In this document: piece by piece, positions 1-13,034 of the stretch
Layout: each line of letters starts with the position of its first letter
Position numbering within the stretch: position 1 is the stretch's first letter
Source of the DNA: Octopus bimaculoides
Lineage: Eukaryota
Reading direction: 5' to 3'
NCBI RefSeq assembly: GCF_001194135.2
Contig: NC_068984.1
Location: forward strand, 73,114,347-73,178,346
DNA: 64,000 nucleotides
The notes under the pieces: generated by a model
What the model was told of the DNA's origin: nothing
Database searches by the model: none
What the model saw: the letters and a program-made list of their open reading frames with translations, nothing else
Translations under genes and position numbers: made by a program

Positions 1-339
1 CAACTGATCTCTAAGCAAATAAATACAAAACCACAATGAATAAGAGTAATATTGCCAATTCTATGCACCAAAACACACGTATAAGTAAATAACAAAGCCC
101 ATAAACAAGACCACGTAGCTCTTATAAATATCTACACCTCTTTCATTTGTATCCATCAAACTTAACAGACTAGCTGAGGGAAATCAATTTATATCTCATC
201 GCTATGTCATATTACCACCGGTAACATGTCTACCTTGTACCGGCATGTCACTACCTATACGGTGCATAAAGCCGATATCTACTCGGGGTGTTTCACATTA
301 TAACTCTTCAATAACATTATGCAATTTTCATGTTTTGCA

Positions 340-433
340 AAATCCCAGAATTCCCTGAAAGTTATCAGGGATTCTACGTTTTTAAAAATAACATTGAATG
401 ATTCCGCGACAAATAAAAGGTTGAGAACCACTG
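340..433. mobile_element. Probable terminus of a non-autonomous hAT-like DNA transposon (left boundary undefined)
   Basis: Ends in GGTTGAGAACCACTG (419-433), the reverse complement of CAGTGGTTCTCAACC, which resembles hAT/Charlie-type TIRs. There is a subterminal imperfect hairpin near 350-380. No matching left TIR was found. Confidence 0.3.
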
Positions 434-659
434 ACCTAGCGATTAACTAAATGATTTTAGACTTACCGAAAAGTCATGCCTCTGTACGAATTCATACAGT
501 GGTGATTGCTGTCTATTAATCGAGCATATACGGTTAAATGAATACTAACAGACGATGGATAATACACATGTAAATATATATAGGGATATATATAGAGAGA
601 AAATACTTGAAAATATTCAGATGAACACTCGTTTATAAGCATGAAGATGTGTATATATT

Positions 660-1529
660 TATCAGGTCATCCCATAAATTCTGTCCGAATTTTGAATAAA
701 GAAAACAAGTGATTAAATGTTATATTCAATTGAAATTTAATCATCAATGTTCTTTCCCTGATTATCTATGACTTCATTCCAGCTATTTACAAGCTTTTTA
801 ATCCCATCAATGTAAGACTCTTTTGGTTTCAAAGCGAAGAACTCTGAAATGTTAGTTTCGATCTCCTCATGGGAAAGTTATGTCCCCCAAATGATCCTGT
901 AAACTACGAAACAAATGGTAGTCTGAAGGAGCAAGGTCGGGAGAATAAGGTGGATGAGGAATTTTTTCCCAACCAAGTTCTTCGATTTTGTGTGATGTGA
1001 TCTTTGCCGTGTGGAGTCGCGCATTGTCCTCATGAAACATCAATCCTTTTCAATTCACTAAAGCGGGTCTTTTTTATTCTTCAAACGCTCTAATTGCTGA
1101 CATTAGACTTGAGCATGGATTGTTGCATTAGGTGGTAACAATTCAAAGTGAATTACTCCTTTGTAATCCCACCAGATAGAGAGAAGAACCTTTTTCCCAT
1201 GAAGTTCCCTTCTCGGTTGTGGTTGAGCTTTTTCCCTTTCACCAAGCCACCGTTTACGACGTTTATCATTACGATAGAAGACCTATTTTTCGTCACCAGT
1301 CATAAGTCTATCCAAAAAGGGTGAAATGAGTTCGCGAGAATGGAGAAAAGAGCAGATGCCAACTCGGGATTTGCGGTTGCTTTCGGACAATTCATGAGGC
1401 ACCCATTTTCCAAGTTTAGGAACCTTTCCAAGTTGTTGAAGATGACGATGAACAATTGTATGGTTTGAACTAAGCTTTATTGCCAATTTTTCAACTGATA
1501 ATGCAGGAGTTTCTTCAAGTAATGCCTCA
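660..1529 (-). mobile_element. Decayed mariner transposon, 3' two-thirds, with transposase pseudogene at 737-1529; 5' part lost in the gap
   Basis: Minus-strand translation gives GKWVPHELS, LMTGDEK*, KKVLLSIWWDYKGVIHFELL, FHEDNA, WEKIPHPPYSPDLAPSDYHLF and a final IDD*. These are the mariner WVPHEL, DD34D and YSPDL motifs, with stops and frameshifts. A TIR-like TA|TCAGGTCATCCCATAAATTCTGTCCGAA lies at 660-689. Confidence 0.95.
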
Positions 1530-1850
1530 NNNNNNNNNNNNNNNNNNNNNNNNNNNNNNNNNNNNNNNNNNNNNNNNNNNNNNNNNNNNNNNNNNNNNNN
1601 NNNNNNNNNNNNNNNNNNNNNNNNNNNNNNNNNNNNNNNNNNNNNNNNNNNNNNNNNNNNNNNNNNNNNNNNNNNNNNNNNNNNNNNNNNNNNNNNNNNN
1701 NNNNNNNNNNNNNNNNNNNNNNNNNNNNNNNNNNNNNNNNNNNNNNNNNNNNNNNNNNNNNNNNNNNNNNNNNNNNNNNNNNNNNNNNNNNNNNNNNNNN
1801 NNNNNNNNNNNNNNNNNNNNNNNNNNNNNNNNNNNNNNNNNNNNNNNNNN

Positions 1851-1887
<37 letters not shown>

Positions 1888-2280
1888 TTACACACACACA
1901 AAATTCATATATATATTGATACACACATGTACACATATGCAAAATACCATTAACTCACGAAGACTCATAAGCATTAATACATCACTTTATAATGCGTCTA
2001 GCTGTTGATATACATATAGGAAGATTTTCGCTTTTATGTGTGTGTACGGTATGCACAAGTTTTCATATGAATATACATATAATTAGCTGTTTCGATACGA
2101 GAAAGTACGTACAATAATCAATAGAGTAGTCGTATTTGTTCATTAATTTGTGACTTATGTGTTCATTTATTGGAAGTTACAACTTAATTTTCTATATATC
2201 ACCCGTCTTAAAATTATGTCGTCAGAACTCTAAACTTGGTGTTTCGACGCAGTATAGAAGCAAATTTAAATAAATGTGTG

Positions 2281-2311
2281 CGCGCACACACGCACACACA
2301 CACAAACACGC

Positions 2312-2388
<77 letters not shown>

Positions 2389-2390
2389 CA
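2281..2390. repeat. (CA)n microsatellite
   Basis: Visible dinucleotide run. It is representative of dozens of (CA)n, (TA)n, (GA)n and (TATG)n tracts across the window. Confidence 0.97.
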
Positions 2391-4797
2391 TGAACTTATA
2401 TGTATATACACATCAGTTTGCAAAATTGCATTAAAAGTGCTGGTCAGTCTTTGTCAAAAATAACGATAAATCAATATTATATAGCAAATATCGGACTAGT
2501 GAAACTATTATAACTTATTGCATATATTTTCGTCGTTTATATTCTCAGTTCAATTCCCTCAAATGTTGATATCGTATATGCTATGTTCATCAAAGCTTCA
2601 GCAAGTAACTAAAACTACTGGACAAGTATTGGAATAGATTTAAAAATATGATACAAGTTGTATATTATTTTTACGTTTAAATAATAATTCTCTAACTGCT
2701 TTGCAGAATTAAAATCGGTGACTAAGTAGGCGATCAGACTCTTTTGAGTCAAAACTATTCAAAGACTTTGTAAATATGCAGGATTGTACGCTCATATCCC
2801 AAAACTTACAAATACATATATATGTAGGGATATGGGGGAATCAAGTATATATATGATAATAAGTGCATAACGATAGATGTAATGTATTTGATAACAGGTG
2901 CCTATGTATATTTAGTACACGACTTTATGCATAATTGTGTGTGCATGGAATAGATGCAACATACAGCTGTGTATATATATTTATTCCATGTTTGATCTTT
3001 GTTGGAAAACTCGATCATTTCCAGGTTTTATACAAATTAGATGTTATATTCACCAGAGTAGCAAGAATCAGGAACATTACTTTCCCTCTTGACTGAAACG
3101 TAAAAGAATAGACTTGAATAACAGGGACAATGTCTCTATTAATCCAGAGCAATATTTTCTACAGGTAGCATTATACAGTTAACAGTATTGTCATACCACA
3201 ATGGAAGTAACTTGACAATTTGGAGTAACTCCATAAACTATACTGTATTAGCGAATTTCACTAGTGTAGACTTGTGTCCTACAGACTTATGTCCATTGTT
3301 GATAATATATTCCAATCTCTCACATCATACTCATAAGTCTGTGTTTGTGTGTGTATGCATGTGCAAACGTGTTATGTTTTCCATTTCATGAAGTGCGAGT
3401 ATTCCTGTATGTAAAAGTATATGTAGGAATGCATTGAAAATTATATTCATTGTGAATGTCTTAGTTTTTAAAATCATTTGTAAGTGCTTACATATTACTA
3501 TGCTTTTATATAAGGCTGAGAGTTGTCTTGTAGAAGTTTCTTAAAGCGCAGAACACCATAAAATGCCTACTTTTTTTTATAGCGTTCTACCTTCTGCGCT
3601 CAAATATTTGGCGTCTTAGTCTCTTTTCATAACAATACATATATTACTACTCTTTCTATACTATACATATGTGTTCAAATGTCTGGCCTTGTCACACTGC
3701 TTCACACCGATTCGGGTAGTCGTTTACAACTTAATTTCACGAGCAGTTCTTCACTTGAGTGAATATCTGAAAGCTCACCGTCGAAACTGTCGAAGAACCA
3801 ACATTGCATTGGTACATACTTTCAGTTATTCATACGTATATGTGTATGATTGTCTTTCCTGCTTTAATGTATTTGTCCTAATGCGTATATATTTCTTGAG
3901 GTATTTATTTATTTATTTATTTTACTTAATGTTTAATAAATCTTTTGTGTATAATAAATCAAATATGGAATTTTTTAAAAAGTATCAGTGAGTCTGGGAC
4001 AGAAATGACAGAGAGAAAAACAGACATATGTGATTAAATGTCTAGGAAGTCGGATAGAGAGACAGATAGAGATAAAATGAATGAAATATCTTACTGTCCG
4101 TTTCGATTTATGTTCCCAATTTATATGATATAATAGCTTTGATTAGTCGATATATTTTTCATTGGTCGCAGACGACCACAATTATAAGCGATATTACAAG
4201 AAAATATATTATGAAAAAGGAATAATTGTTAATAGACAAACAAGAAAACAAACTAAACAACAAACACATGACATATACAAATATAAAAAAACACTATATT
4301 ATATATGTATAAGTTTATATATGTATGTGTATATATAAATAACTTTATATATATATATATATGAATACATATATACATACATACACAGACACACACGCAC
4401 ACACACACACACATAAAAATCATAAAAAGTAGAAATGGCATATAAATGACAAGTAAAAAATAAATAATTGAACGATATTAATTTTTTTTTATTCTTACAA
4501 CATTTTCCCTGTCACTTCGTCTTCCATTTTCTCTGTCTTTTGTCTTTGGTATTTTCATAGTAATAATCATCGAAAAATATCGAATAAAACATGGTAAATC
4601 TGTTTCCCAATCAATAGGAATAGAAGAAAGTATTGAATATTTCCATTTTGGTTATATATTCTTTGTTTGACTGCACGTCAACAGATTAAGAGATAGCGTA
4701 AGCAATGAAGTAAAATGCAACAAAACAATGAATATACACAAAACTAAATAATTATTAGTATATACTTTAGTAAACTTGGAAACAACAATAAGTATAG

Positions 4798-5194
4798 ATG
4801 ATGATGATGATGACGATGACGACGATGATGATGATGATGATGGCATAAACACGAGGCAGCAGCGGCAGCAGCAGCAGCAGCAGAAGCAGCAGCAGCAGAA
4901 GAAGAAGAAGAAGAAGAAGAAGAAGAAGAAGAAGAAGAAGAAGAAGAAGAAGAAGAAGAAGAAGAAGAAGAAGAGGAGGAGGAGGAGGACGAGATGGAGG
5001 AGAGGCAGAGGAAGGGAAGGAAGAATAAGAGGAAAAGAAGAAGAGAAAGACGAGAAGGACCATAAAGAGGACAATGACGAGATGGAGGAGCAGGAGGAGG
5101 AGGAGGAGGAGGAGGAGAAGAAGAAGAAGAAGAAGAAGAAGAAGAAGAAGAAGAAGAAGAAGAAAAAGAAGAAGAAGAAGAAGAGCAACAACAA
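4798..5194. repeat. Compound trinucleotide microsatellite (GAT/GAC)n-(CAG)n-(GAA)n-(GAG)n...(GAG)n-(GAA)n-(CAA)n
   Basis: Visible directly. It accounts for the poly-D/Q/K/E/R/S/L/F ORFs at 4652-5319 on both strands. Confidence 0.95.
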
Positions 5195-5624
5195 CAAAGA
5201 ATGGTTGCGGAAAGGGGAGAATAGTCAAATTCCAGTCCCTGATTGATACTGTAGTTCACACCGCACATAGATGTGAACGACATAGTTGGCCTCGGTGGAA
5301 TTTCAACTCAGAACATTAAGAATCATGAGGGAAGCCACAAAGAACGTTTATGATAATCTAGTGATTCTGTCAAACCAATGCCCTTAATTAATTGTACTTC
5401 AGACATACTGCCTAAAAATTTGAGGGACCTAGTTAGACGATAAAATCGGCCCCGATACTTCACAGGCATTATATTTTGTCGATTCTGAAACGAGTAAACA
5501 TAAATTTGACCTCGGCAGGATTCAAAGCCAGAATGCAGCGAACCAGATAAAATGTTACTTGGCACTTTTAAGAATCGTAACTCTTTTCTCTTAATATTCT
5601 TTTCAAATTTTGGCACATAGCTAG

Positions 5625-5772
5625 TGTTTACCTAGTACTTATTTTTATTGACCTCAAAAGGATCAAAGGCAAAGTCGACCTCAACAGTATTTGAACTCGG
5701 TACTAAAGACGGATGAAACGCCATTAAACATCTTGCCTAACGTGCCAACGATTCTTCCAGCTCACCGCTTTC
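5625..5772 (-). mobile_element. tRNA-derived SINE, degraded copy of the family with the CCTTTCATCCTTTCGGGGTCGAT central domain
   Basis: Its reverse complement aligns by eye with the copies at 26149, 38756 and 52641 (GCGGTGAGCTGGAAGAATCGTTGGCACG...GTTCAAAT...GAGGTCGACTTTGCCTTT). Confidence 0.75.
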
Positions 5773-7858
5773 GCTTTTCTCCTAACCAAGGCTCATTCTT
5801 ACATACAACAGAAAAGATATGCATATGGCACTGAACTGCATGGTGCACGAAAACAAAGTTATATTTAAAACGATTGGAGTGTTTGACACGTTATACAATG
5901 AATAACACTGCGTAACATGATTTTTGTCCTTGGGTAGCAACTATTATTTTCTATTCCTTTATCCCTAGAAAGTATGATAAATAGCTAGTATTTCCTTCAA
6001 ACTTTTGTTACATTTATTCACACTCCAACATATCCCTCTCAAAACATAGCTATGATGCCCCCCCCCACCACTATTTCTGCTCATGATCGGTGTTGCACCT
6101 CTTGTCAACCACTAAGAGGTATGCTAATCTGGTTAAGGTGAAGCAAATGACAATGAAAACTCTGGTATTGAAGAGAAAATTTTGTTTAACGATATTTTTG
6201 CTTCAGCAACTCAGCGCGTAAAGTGTCTGAAATGTAATGGAAAATAGGTCAGTTTCAAAATATTGATGTCCAGATCACAATTCAAAGTTTGAAGGGAGAA
6301 GCAAAAGGAAATAACATTTACTGTCCAAAAACAAAAAAAGAAAGCAAAAATGTTACACAGTATAATTGTATACATCAGAGATTTCGTACAAAGTAAATAC
6401 ACAGTGATAAGATGATTAAAGCACACAAAACAGCAATCGAAAATCATAATTAAAAACCCATCAGCTAGGTTATAACGGAGCCCTTCAAGATATTTAACTC
6501 TGTTGTAGCCATGGAACCAGAGCGTGATCGTGAGAATTTTCAGTTTGGTGTCACAAGCTCGGTGTCACATTTTTGGTGATAGACTGAGGAAAAACATTTT
6601 CAAGCCCCCTTGGCATGTAGAACATAGTCTATTTCTGTTGTCTTCAGTAACACTCTAGTATATAGGTTTCTCCCAAAGTCGGGACTTGTCTCCTTTTCAG
6701 TCAATATATTGCTACTCTGTCTTCGCTAACTTCGTTTCTTAGTTCTGTCAGTTCTTCATTTGATTTCACAAGAACCATAAACTTCAGTTCAGTATTGGGA
6801 TAAATTGGCTCCCTCTCTTTATTGTGAACCTTGTCTGTACACATTTGTAAATATTTATATTAAAGCGCGTTATTGCTGGGCTGTTCTGTATTACAAATGT
6901 TTCATATCTCCGGTATTATTTCCGCCTACACAATAAGCACACACACGTTATTTTGCAACGGTTCTTGTCGCAAGTGTTAAAAGCATGTTCTCTGAAAGAG
7001 ACAGTCCATCGCACATTCTAATGACTTTTACTTGAGTTGGTCATATTTACACCAGACACTTCCAACTCAATAACCTAACATATTCATTACTTATCGAGCA
7101 CAATCACTTTTAAATACTATATCAAATTGATATCCAGCGTTTGACTATTTGGGGATTGATAAAAGAAAGTACCAGTCAGATAATGAGCGTTACTTGATCC
7201 ACTACACTGCTACTCCAATCTTTGTGTTTGTACCCATGCCTATAAATCAATTTTAAAGCACAAAGCACACAACATATTCTATATTGAAAGAACACAATAG
7301 ACAACAAAACAGACAGCAAATTAGATATGACGACAACGCCATTTTACACTCTCCAGCAAAAATTTTAATATGTGAAAATTTATGGACAGTAAAAACCAGA
7401 CGTTAAGCAACAGAAGATTTTGGAGACTTAAACTATAGACAAAAGTGACAAATTGCTAGAATCCCAAAGGTATCCAAAATATAGAATACATTGGAATTAA
7501 AATACAATGCACATCATATATAATTAATAAACATAGTCTTAATATGCTCAATGAACAAACTAATCAGCAACGACACACTACTCGAGTATTGTTCAATATT
7601 GGAAGAATTGATGCGAATTGATCGCTAAGAGTATTGAGAATTATCAATATATATATGAGGAAAAGAAAAAAATATAAAATAGCTCAAAAACATTAATAAA
7701 TATGAGATCATATTTTATCCTGATCATCCATCCATCCATCCATCTATCTATCTATCCATCTATCTATCTGTCTGTCTGTCTGTCTGTATATCTGTTTGTC
7801 TGAATGTCTGTCTCTCTCTCTTCCTCTCACTGTGTGTGTTTTAAATATGTGAAAACGA

Positions 7859-7860
<2 letters not shown>

Positions 7861-7942
<82 letters not shown>

Positions 7943-7960
7943 TTGTTATTATTATTATTT
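7861..7960. repeat. (TTA)n/(TAG)n microsatellite abutting the 3' end of an R4/Dong-type element
   Basis: Visible directly. It reads (AAT)n/(ACT)n on the element's sense strand. Confidence 0.95.
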
Positions 7961-7961
7961 A

Positions 7962-8595
7962 TGGTTTCCTTTTATTATAACTTTATTTCAACTGCTTTAG
8001 TACCGGGCATGCTCCGGAGGTCAAGATTAGCAAGGGCACTTTTGTTTTTCTATGCATGCTAAAATTATCACCATATTTATTCCATTTTAGATGGAGAGTG
8101 CTTTCCGTACTATATTGGCTGTAACCATCAAGCCTATCTTTTGTAGTTCACAGAGATTGGAGTTACGAGAACTTGCTTTATATACTTCTCAGTTCCCTTC
8201 TTTATCATTCCCAACGCACTAGTTACTACTGGTATTATCGTAGTATTAAGCAACCACATTTTTGTCATTTCAATTTGCATATCTTTATAGTGAGAAAGCT
8301 TTTCGTATTCCTCTCTTGAGACATTTCGATCTTGTGGGACAGATGTATCTATTAACAGACAAATTTCCTTGTTGTAGTCTTTGATCACAATGTCTGGTCG
8401 ACTGGAATCAATTTTTCTGTCTGTTTGTATTGGGATGCCCTCACCATTTACTACATCCCCTCGATGGTGCTTGCACCAGTCATCATATAATTTGATTTTG
8501 TAGCATTTACAAGCATTCCAGTGGGTGTATTGCCCTAGTCTGTCATGTCTTATGAGGTACTCCTTTTCAGCGAGAACTGGGCAGCCAGAAACATA
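7962..8595 (-). mobile_element. 5'-truncated R4-clade (Dong-like) non-LTR retrotransposon: end of the CCHC region, restriction-like endonuclease and 3' UTR
   Basis: Reads in frame from 8595 as YVSGCPVLAEKEYLIRHDRLGQYTHWNAC...IQTDRKIDSSRPDIVIKD...LLIDTSVPQDRNVSREEYEKLSHYKDM...IIPVVTSALGMIKK. After one frameshift it continues ELQKIGLMVTANIVRKALSI* (stop at 8087-8089). This matches the RHD / RPD...D...EK..Y signature of R4-type RLE domains. Confidence 0.9.
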
Positions 8596-11502
8596 AAGTC
8601 AGTGGAAAAGTTAGTTGTAACCTGGATAGGAGGGTGTATGCCGCCCAATAACGTCGTGGGACGCTGGTCTGGGGGACCAGTGAAATTTCTTGGAATATGA
8701 ATGGAGGACTGAGCATGTCATGGTTGTGGGAAAAATTCCAACCTGCTGCTTTCAGGACACCCTACATGTATCACAGCCACCAGTCCAACGACCAAAGCCA
8801 CCATCATTAACAGTAATACAAAAACCAGCATACCAACATAATAACGGAGGCGACAACGATCTTACAACGTTACCGAATATAATGAAAGGAAACATAATAT
8901 AACAACCAACAACAAATGTTCAACGAGAAATAATCTTAACATTGCAGTACCAACCATTTCCGCCAAAAATCTAACGTGGTTCCGTTTTCTGTCGTAGACA
9001 AAGCTACCAGCAGCAACAATACCTATAGCAAAATCGAGGTAATATCAGTTAGAACGATTATTATCGAGAAACTTGCGATACAGAGGAAGGAACCGCATAA
9101 GATTAGTGGATTCTTTCAGAAAGAAAGAATATTACTTTGACTGTTCCTCGTGGGACCAACAAATGTTAAGTGGGCTACTAGTTTATGAACACACAGGACT
9201 GAGAAGTGTAGAAACTAACGCATTAGCGGGTAAAAATAATATAAGTAAATGGTATGGAAGCACACATTTTGTAGCTTCTGGTATGTACGGTACAATCGGA
9301 TCCCACTCGGTTAGTGAAGCCAGCGATTACTCCCCTTTCACGTTTAACTAGGGGATGTGTTTCACATTCTACCGTACATGGATCGACTTGTGCCTAAGCT
9401 GTGCGTAGTAGATGCTCTTCCATAAATAAATATCTCGCAGTGGTCAAAATATCGTAGAGGTTCATATGCTGAAGAAAGCTCGTCTGAAAAGGTACGAAAC
9501 TAAATAAAACATGAGTGGCATCAAGCCAGTACATGCCTAATCTTCCTGCAATAATAGCACAGAAATGTTAGCGAATGTCGAGGAAGAAGCTTTAGTGTCC
9601 ACATATTTTGTGTCACAAAACACCTAAGTGCCTTCTGTTTACTGAAAAGAACGAATGAGCGAAGGCATCCCACTGTTGTCTATCCCAAACCACTAAGGTT
9701 AAAACACCAACACTAACAAGTTCAGAAGCAACAGTAACCAGCAGCAAAGGTAACAGGAATAGCAGAGATAACTTCCGAAATTACTTCTAAAAAGACTATC
9801 TTTGATTACTCAGCGATTATAAGGTTAGCGGTTGAATGATGTTCGCCTTTACCAAAATATTTTGGCAACAATAGTTATATATTACTTCAATTGTATGATA
9901 CGAAGAGTACGTAATGTTTACATTAAGTGTAACGTCTTGAGAATTAAACATAATGATGTTAGTCGAATTCCGGTGATTAAGGCAAAAAAAAAAAAGAAAT
10001 GAAGTGATGTTGAACATTCCAGTTACTTGGAGATCAATACATGTATATATATGTGTGCATTTATATACGTACTGTCGGCGCACACACAAATTTATATATA
10101 TATATATATATNNNNNNNNNNNNNNNNNNNNNNNNNNNNNNNNNNNNNNNNNNNNNNNNNNNNNNNNNNNNNNNNNNNNNNNNNNNNNNNNNNNNNNNNN
10201 NNNNNNNNNNNNNNNNNNNNNNNNNNNNNNNNNNNNNNNNNNNNNNNNNNNNNNNNNNNNNNNNNNNNNNNNNNNNNNNNNNNNNNNNNNNNNNNNNNNN
10301 NNNNNNNNNNNNNNNNNNNNNNNNNNNNNNNNNNNNNNNNNNNNNNNNNNNNNNNNNNNNNNNNNNNNNNNTATATCGGTTACTGTCGCAGCGTATGTCT
10401 GAAAATGATGTTAACCAGTCTTGTCATTTATTAAAGGAAAAAGGATTTATTTCATTATCCAATTCTTACATATGTTTACCGGCCACTTTTTGATATACAT
10501 TATGGCAAAGATAAAAAAAAGAAAAGGTTACGAATAACGTAGAACTATCGAAGACACAGAATAGAAGGATAGAGAATAGCATAGAAGAGATAGCGCTATT
10601 GCTTTTGGTTTCTTTAATTCGAAGAAGATAAAATGGATTTTCTTAGGTGGACAGTTATAAGTTCTGTTTTTTATTTTTTCACTCGTATTTTTCGCTATAA
10701 TCATGCAGTCTGTATTCATATATTTATGTCTATATAATTATGCATTTGACAACCGGCGTGATAATAGCTTTAGCCACCCTATTGTATACACAACAATGTC
10801 TTTATTCTACGTCAAATAAAAAAAAAAAAACAGATATCGTATGGAAAAATCTAGAAGAAAAAAATTAACATCCACAAAAATAAATGAGAAAAAGATTTTG
10901 CTTCAAAATCTTCTGTACTTTTCTCGAAGAAGTTAATTTTTTGAAAAATTGGTTTCATAGGAAGAATTTGACGTTTAATTATATTAATTCTATAATAATG
11001 ATTGTCATTTCTTTTAATGAATCATGATGGTTCCATTCTTTATATTAATCGCTTTCATTTATACTAAACTGTACTCATTAAAGAGCAGGAAAGTGGACAG
11101 CACATGTAATGTCACTAAGAAATCAGTTTCACTGTGATCTTATTATCAATTTGTTTTTACATACGTAAATCATTGTTCTTACAACTGCTGTTGATTTCGT
11201 TGCTGCTGCAATTGTTGTTGTTGGTATAGTTGTTGTTGCTGTTTTTGCTGTTTTTTGTTATTGCTGTTTTTGTTGTTGTTGTTGTTGTTGCTTAGCCTAG
11301 ATGTGAAGTAATTTATATTTTATGAGACATTTTCTTACCGTAGCCATCGCGTCTGCTGTAAAAGCGTTGTGTATCAGAATCTACATGCCTTAAAACGTGT
11401 GGACGGATATCATACACCCACGCACGCACACGCACATACACGCACACACTCATACACACACTCACGCGCGCATACACACACACACATACATATACACAAC
11501 GA

Positions 11503-11776
11503 TTAGGGTACTTGGTTCACAAGCTTACGTTCATGTGTTCGATTCCCGGCGGCGCATCGTGTCCTTAAGCAAGACACTTCATTTCACATTGCTCCAGTCC
11601 ACTCAGCTTGCGAAAATAAGTAATACATGTAGTTCGAAACAGCCAGGTTTGACACACTGAATCTTCCTAGGAACTACGTTAAAACTACCCGTGTCTTTGG
11701 AGTGTTCAAACGTTGCACGTTAATCTCACGAGCAGAATTTTCCGTTGCTCGGATCAACCGGAACACTCCTCATCGT
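11503..11776 (+). mobile_element. tRNA-derived SINE, 5'-truncated
   Basis: Has a B-box-like GTTCGATTCCC. Its body CACTTCATTTCACATTGCTCCAGTCCACTCAGC is shared with the 59895 copy, and its 3' tail is shared with the 29126-29511 copy. Confidence 0.8.
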
Positions 11777-11788
11777 ATATATATAGTA

Positions 11789-12190
11789 GTACTCTTTTAC
11801 CTGTTTCCGTCATTTGACTGCGGCCATGCTGGAGCACCGCCTGTAGTCGAGAAAATCGACCCCAGGACTTATTCTTTGTAAGCCTAGTTCTTATTCTATC
11901 GGTCTCTTTTTGCCAAACGGCTAAGTTACGGGGACGTTAACACACCAGCATCGGTTGTCAAGCGATGTTGGGGGTACAAACACAGACACACAAACACACA
12001 TACATACATAATTATACACATATATACGACGGGCTTCTTTCAGTTTCCGTCTACCAAATCCATGCACAAAGCTTTGGTCGGCCCGAGGCTATAGTAGAAG
12101 ACATTTGCCCAAGGTGCCACTCAGTGGGACTGAACCCGGAACCATGTGGTTTGTAAGCAAGCGACTTACCACACAGCCACTCCTGCGCCT
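11789..12190 (-). mobile_element. Near full-length tRNA-derived SINE with a CORE-like segment and internal microsatellite
   Basis: The reverse complement starts AGGCGCAGGAGTGGCTGTGTGGTAAG (A box)...GGTTCAGTCCC (B box)...GGCACCTTGGGCAAATGTCTTCTACT, which resembles the CORE domain. Homologous to the copies at 15706 and 36601. Confidence 0.9.
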
Positions 12191-12505
12191 AATAACAAGA
12201 AATTTGAAAGGAAATTGGTAAAAACCTTTAATATATGTACGGTTTTGTGGTTGCAGATCACGTCCGATGGAAACAGAAGAGAGAGAATTTTACAGAAAAT
12301 TAATAGAAGTCCTAAAGTGGGGTAATTAGACTATAATTATTGCTAAATATTTCTACGGAGAAGCGACTTTTAAATTTATTTAGGTTCTCGCTTCTCTCAC
12401 TCCTGCGTCAAACAATGTAGAAATGGTTTCTGGCAACGAAACTATAAGTAATGTGAAAGTGAGACAGCTTGTTATACATATATATATATATGTGTGTGTG
12501 TGTGC

Positions 12506-12586
<81 letters not shown>

Positions 12587-12590
<4 letters not shown>

Positions 12591-12925
12591 GTATTTCGGG
12601 ATGGTAATTTTTTCCCCGAATAAACATACGCACTATCCATATACCTTTTCTGCATTTGTTTATTACTGTTCTTATTTTATTACTATAACTCATGTCCGGA
12701 AATCTTTCGTCACACATCTATGACATCCTAAGCGACACTTTTCGTTTTCGTGTGTGATCTTGCTCCACTTACTCCATTCTTTTCTTCTAAGATGTGTATC
12801 CTTACGTGCGCATGCGTTTGTGTCCTTGTTTATAAGTGTGTGTGAGTGTGTTTGTATGTGTGCGTGTATGCTTATGTGTGTGTGTGTCATAGTCTTTAAT
12901 CTTTGTCGCATGTCAGTCCCAGGAG
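12587..12925. repeat. Left copy of a direct repeat flanking the PLE RT fragment (partner at 14096-14515)
   Basis: Both copies share GTTGTATTTCGGGA, TTACTGTTCTTATTTTATTA, CATGTCCGGAAATCTTTCGTCACACAT and TTCTTCTAAGATGTGTATCCT in the same order. Confidence 0.85.
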
Positions 12926-13034
12926 GACTAACATCCAACAATGATTACTTAGATAAACATGACCTTAGTTGCATATATACCACTAGATCTATAAGGATAA
13001 GAGGTGGACCCTTCCCACACTCACTATAACTTCT

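Noticed and set aside
4652-5319. Poly-K/E/D/Q/S/L ORFs on both strands
   Set aside because: They are overlapping stop-free frames of a trinucleotide array with no domain content.
7250-7700. Possible CR1-like C-terminal remnant (weak V.TRR.AT...LNY.QK)
   Set aside because: Too degenerate to support without a profile search.
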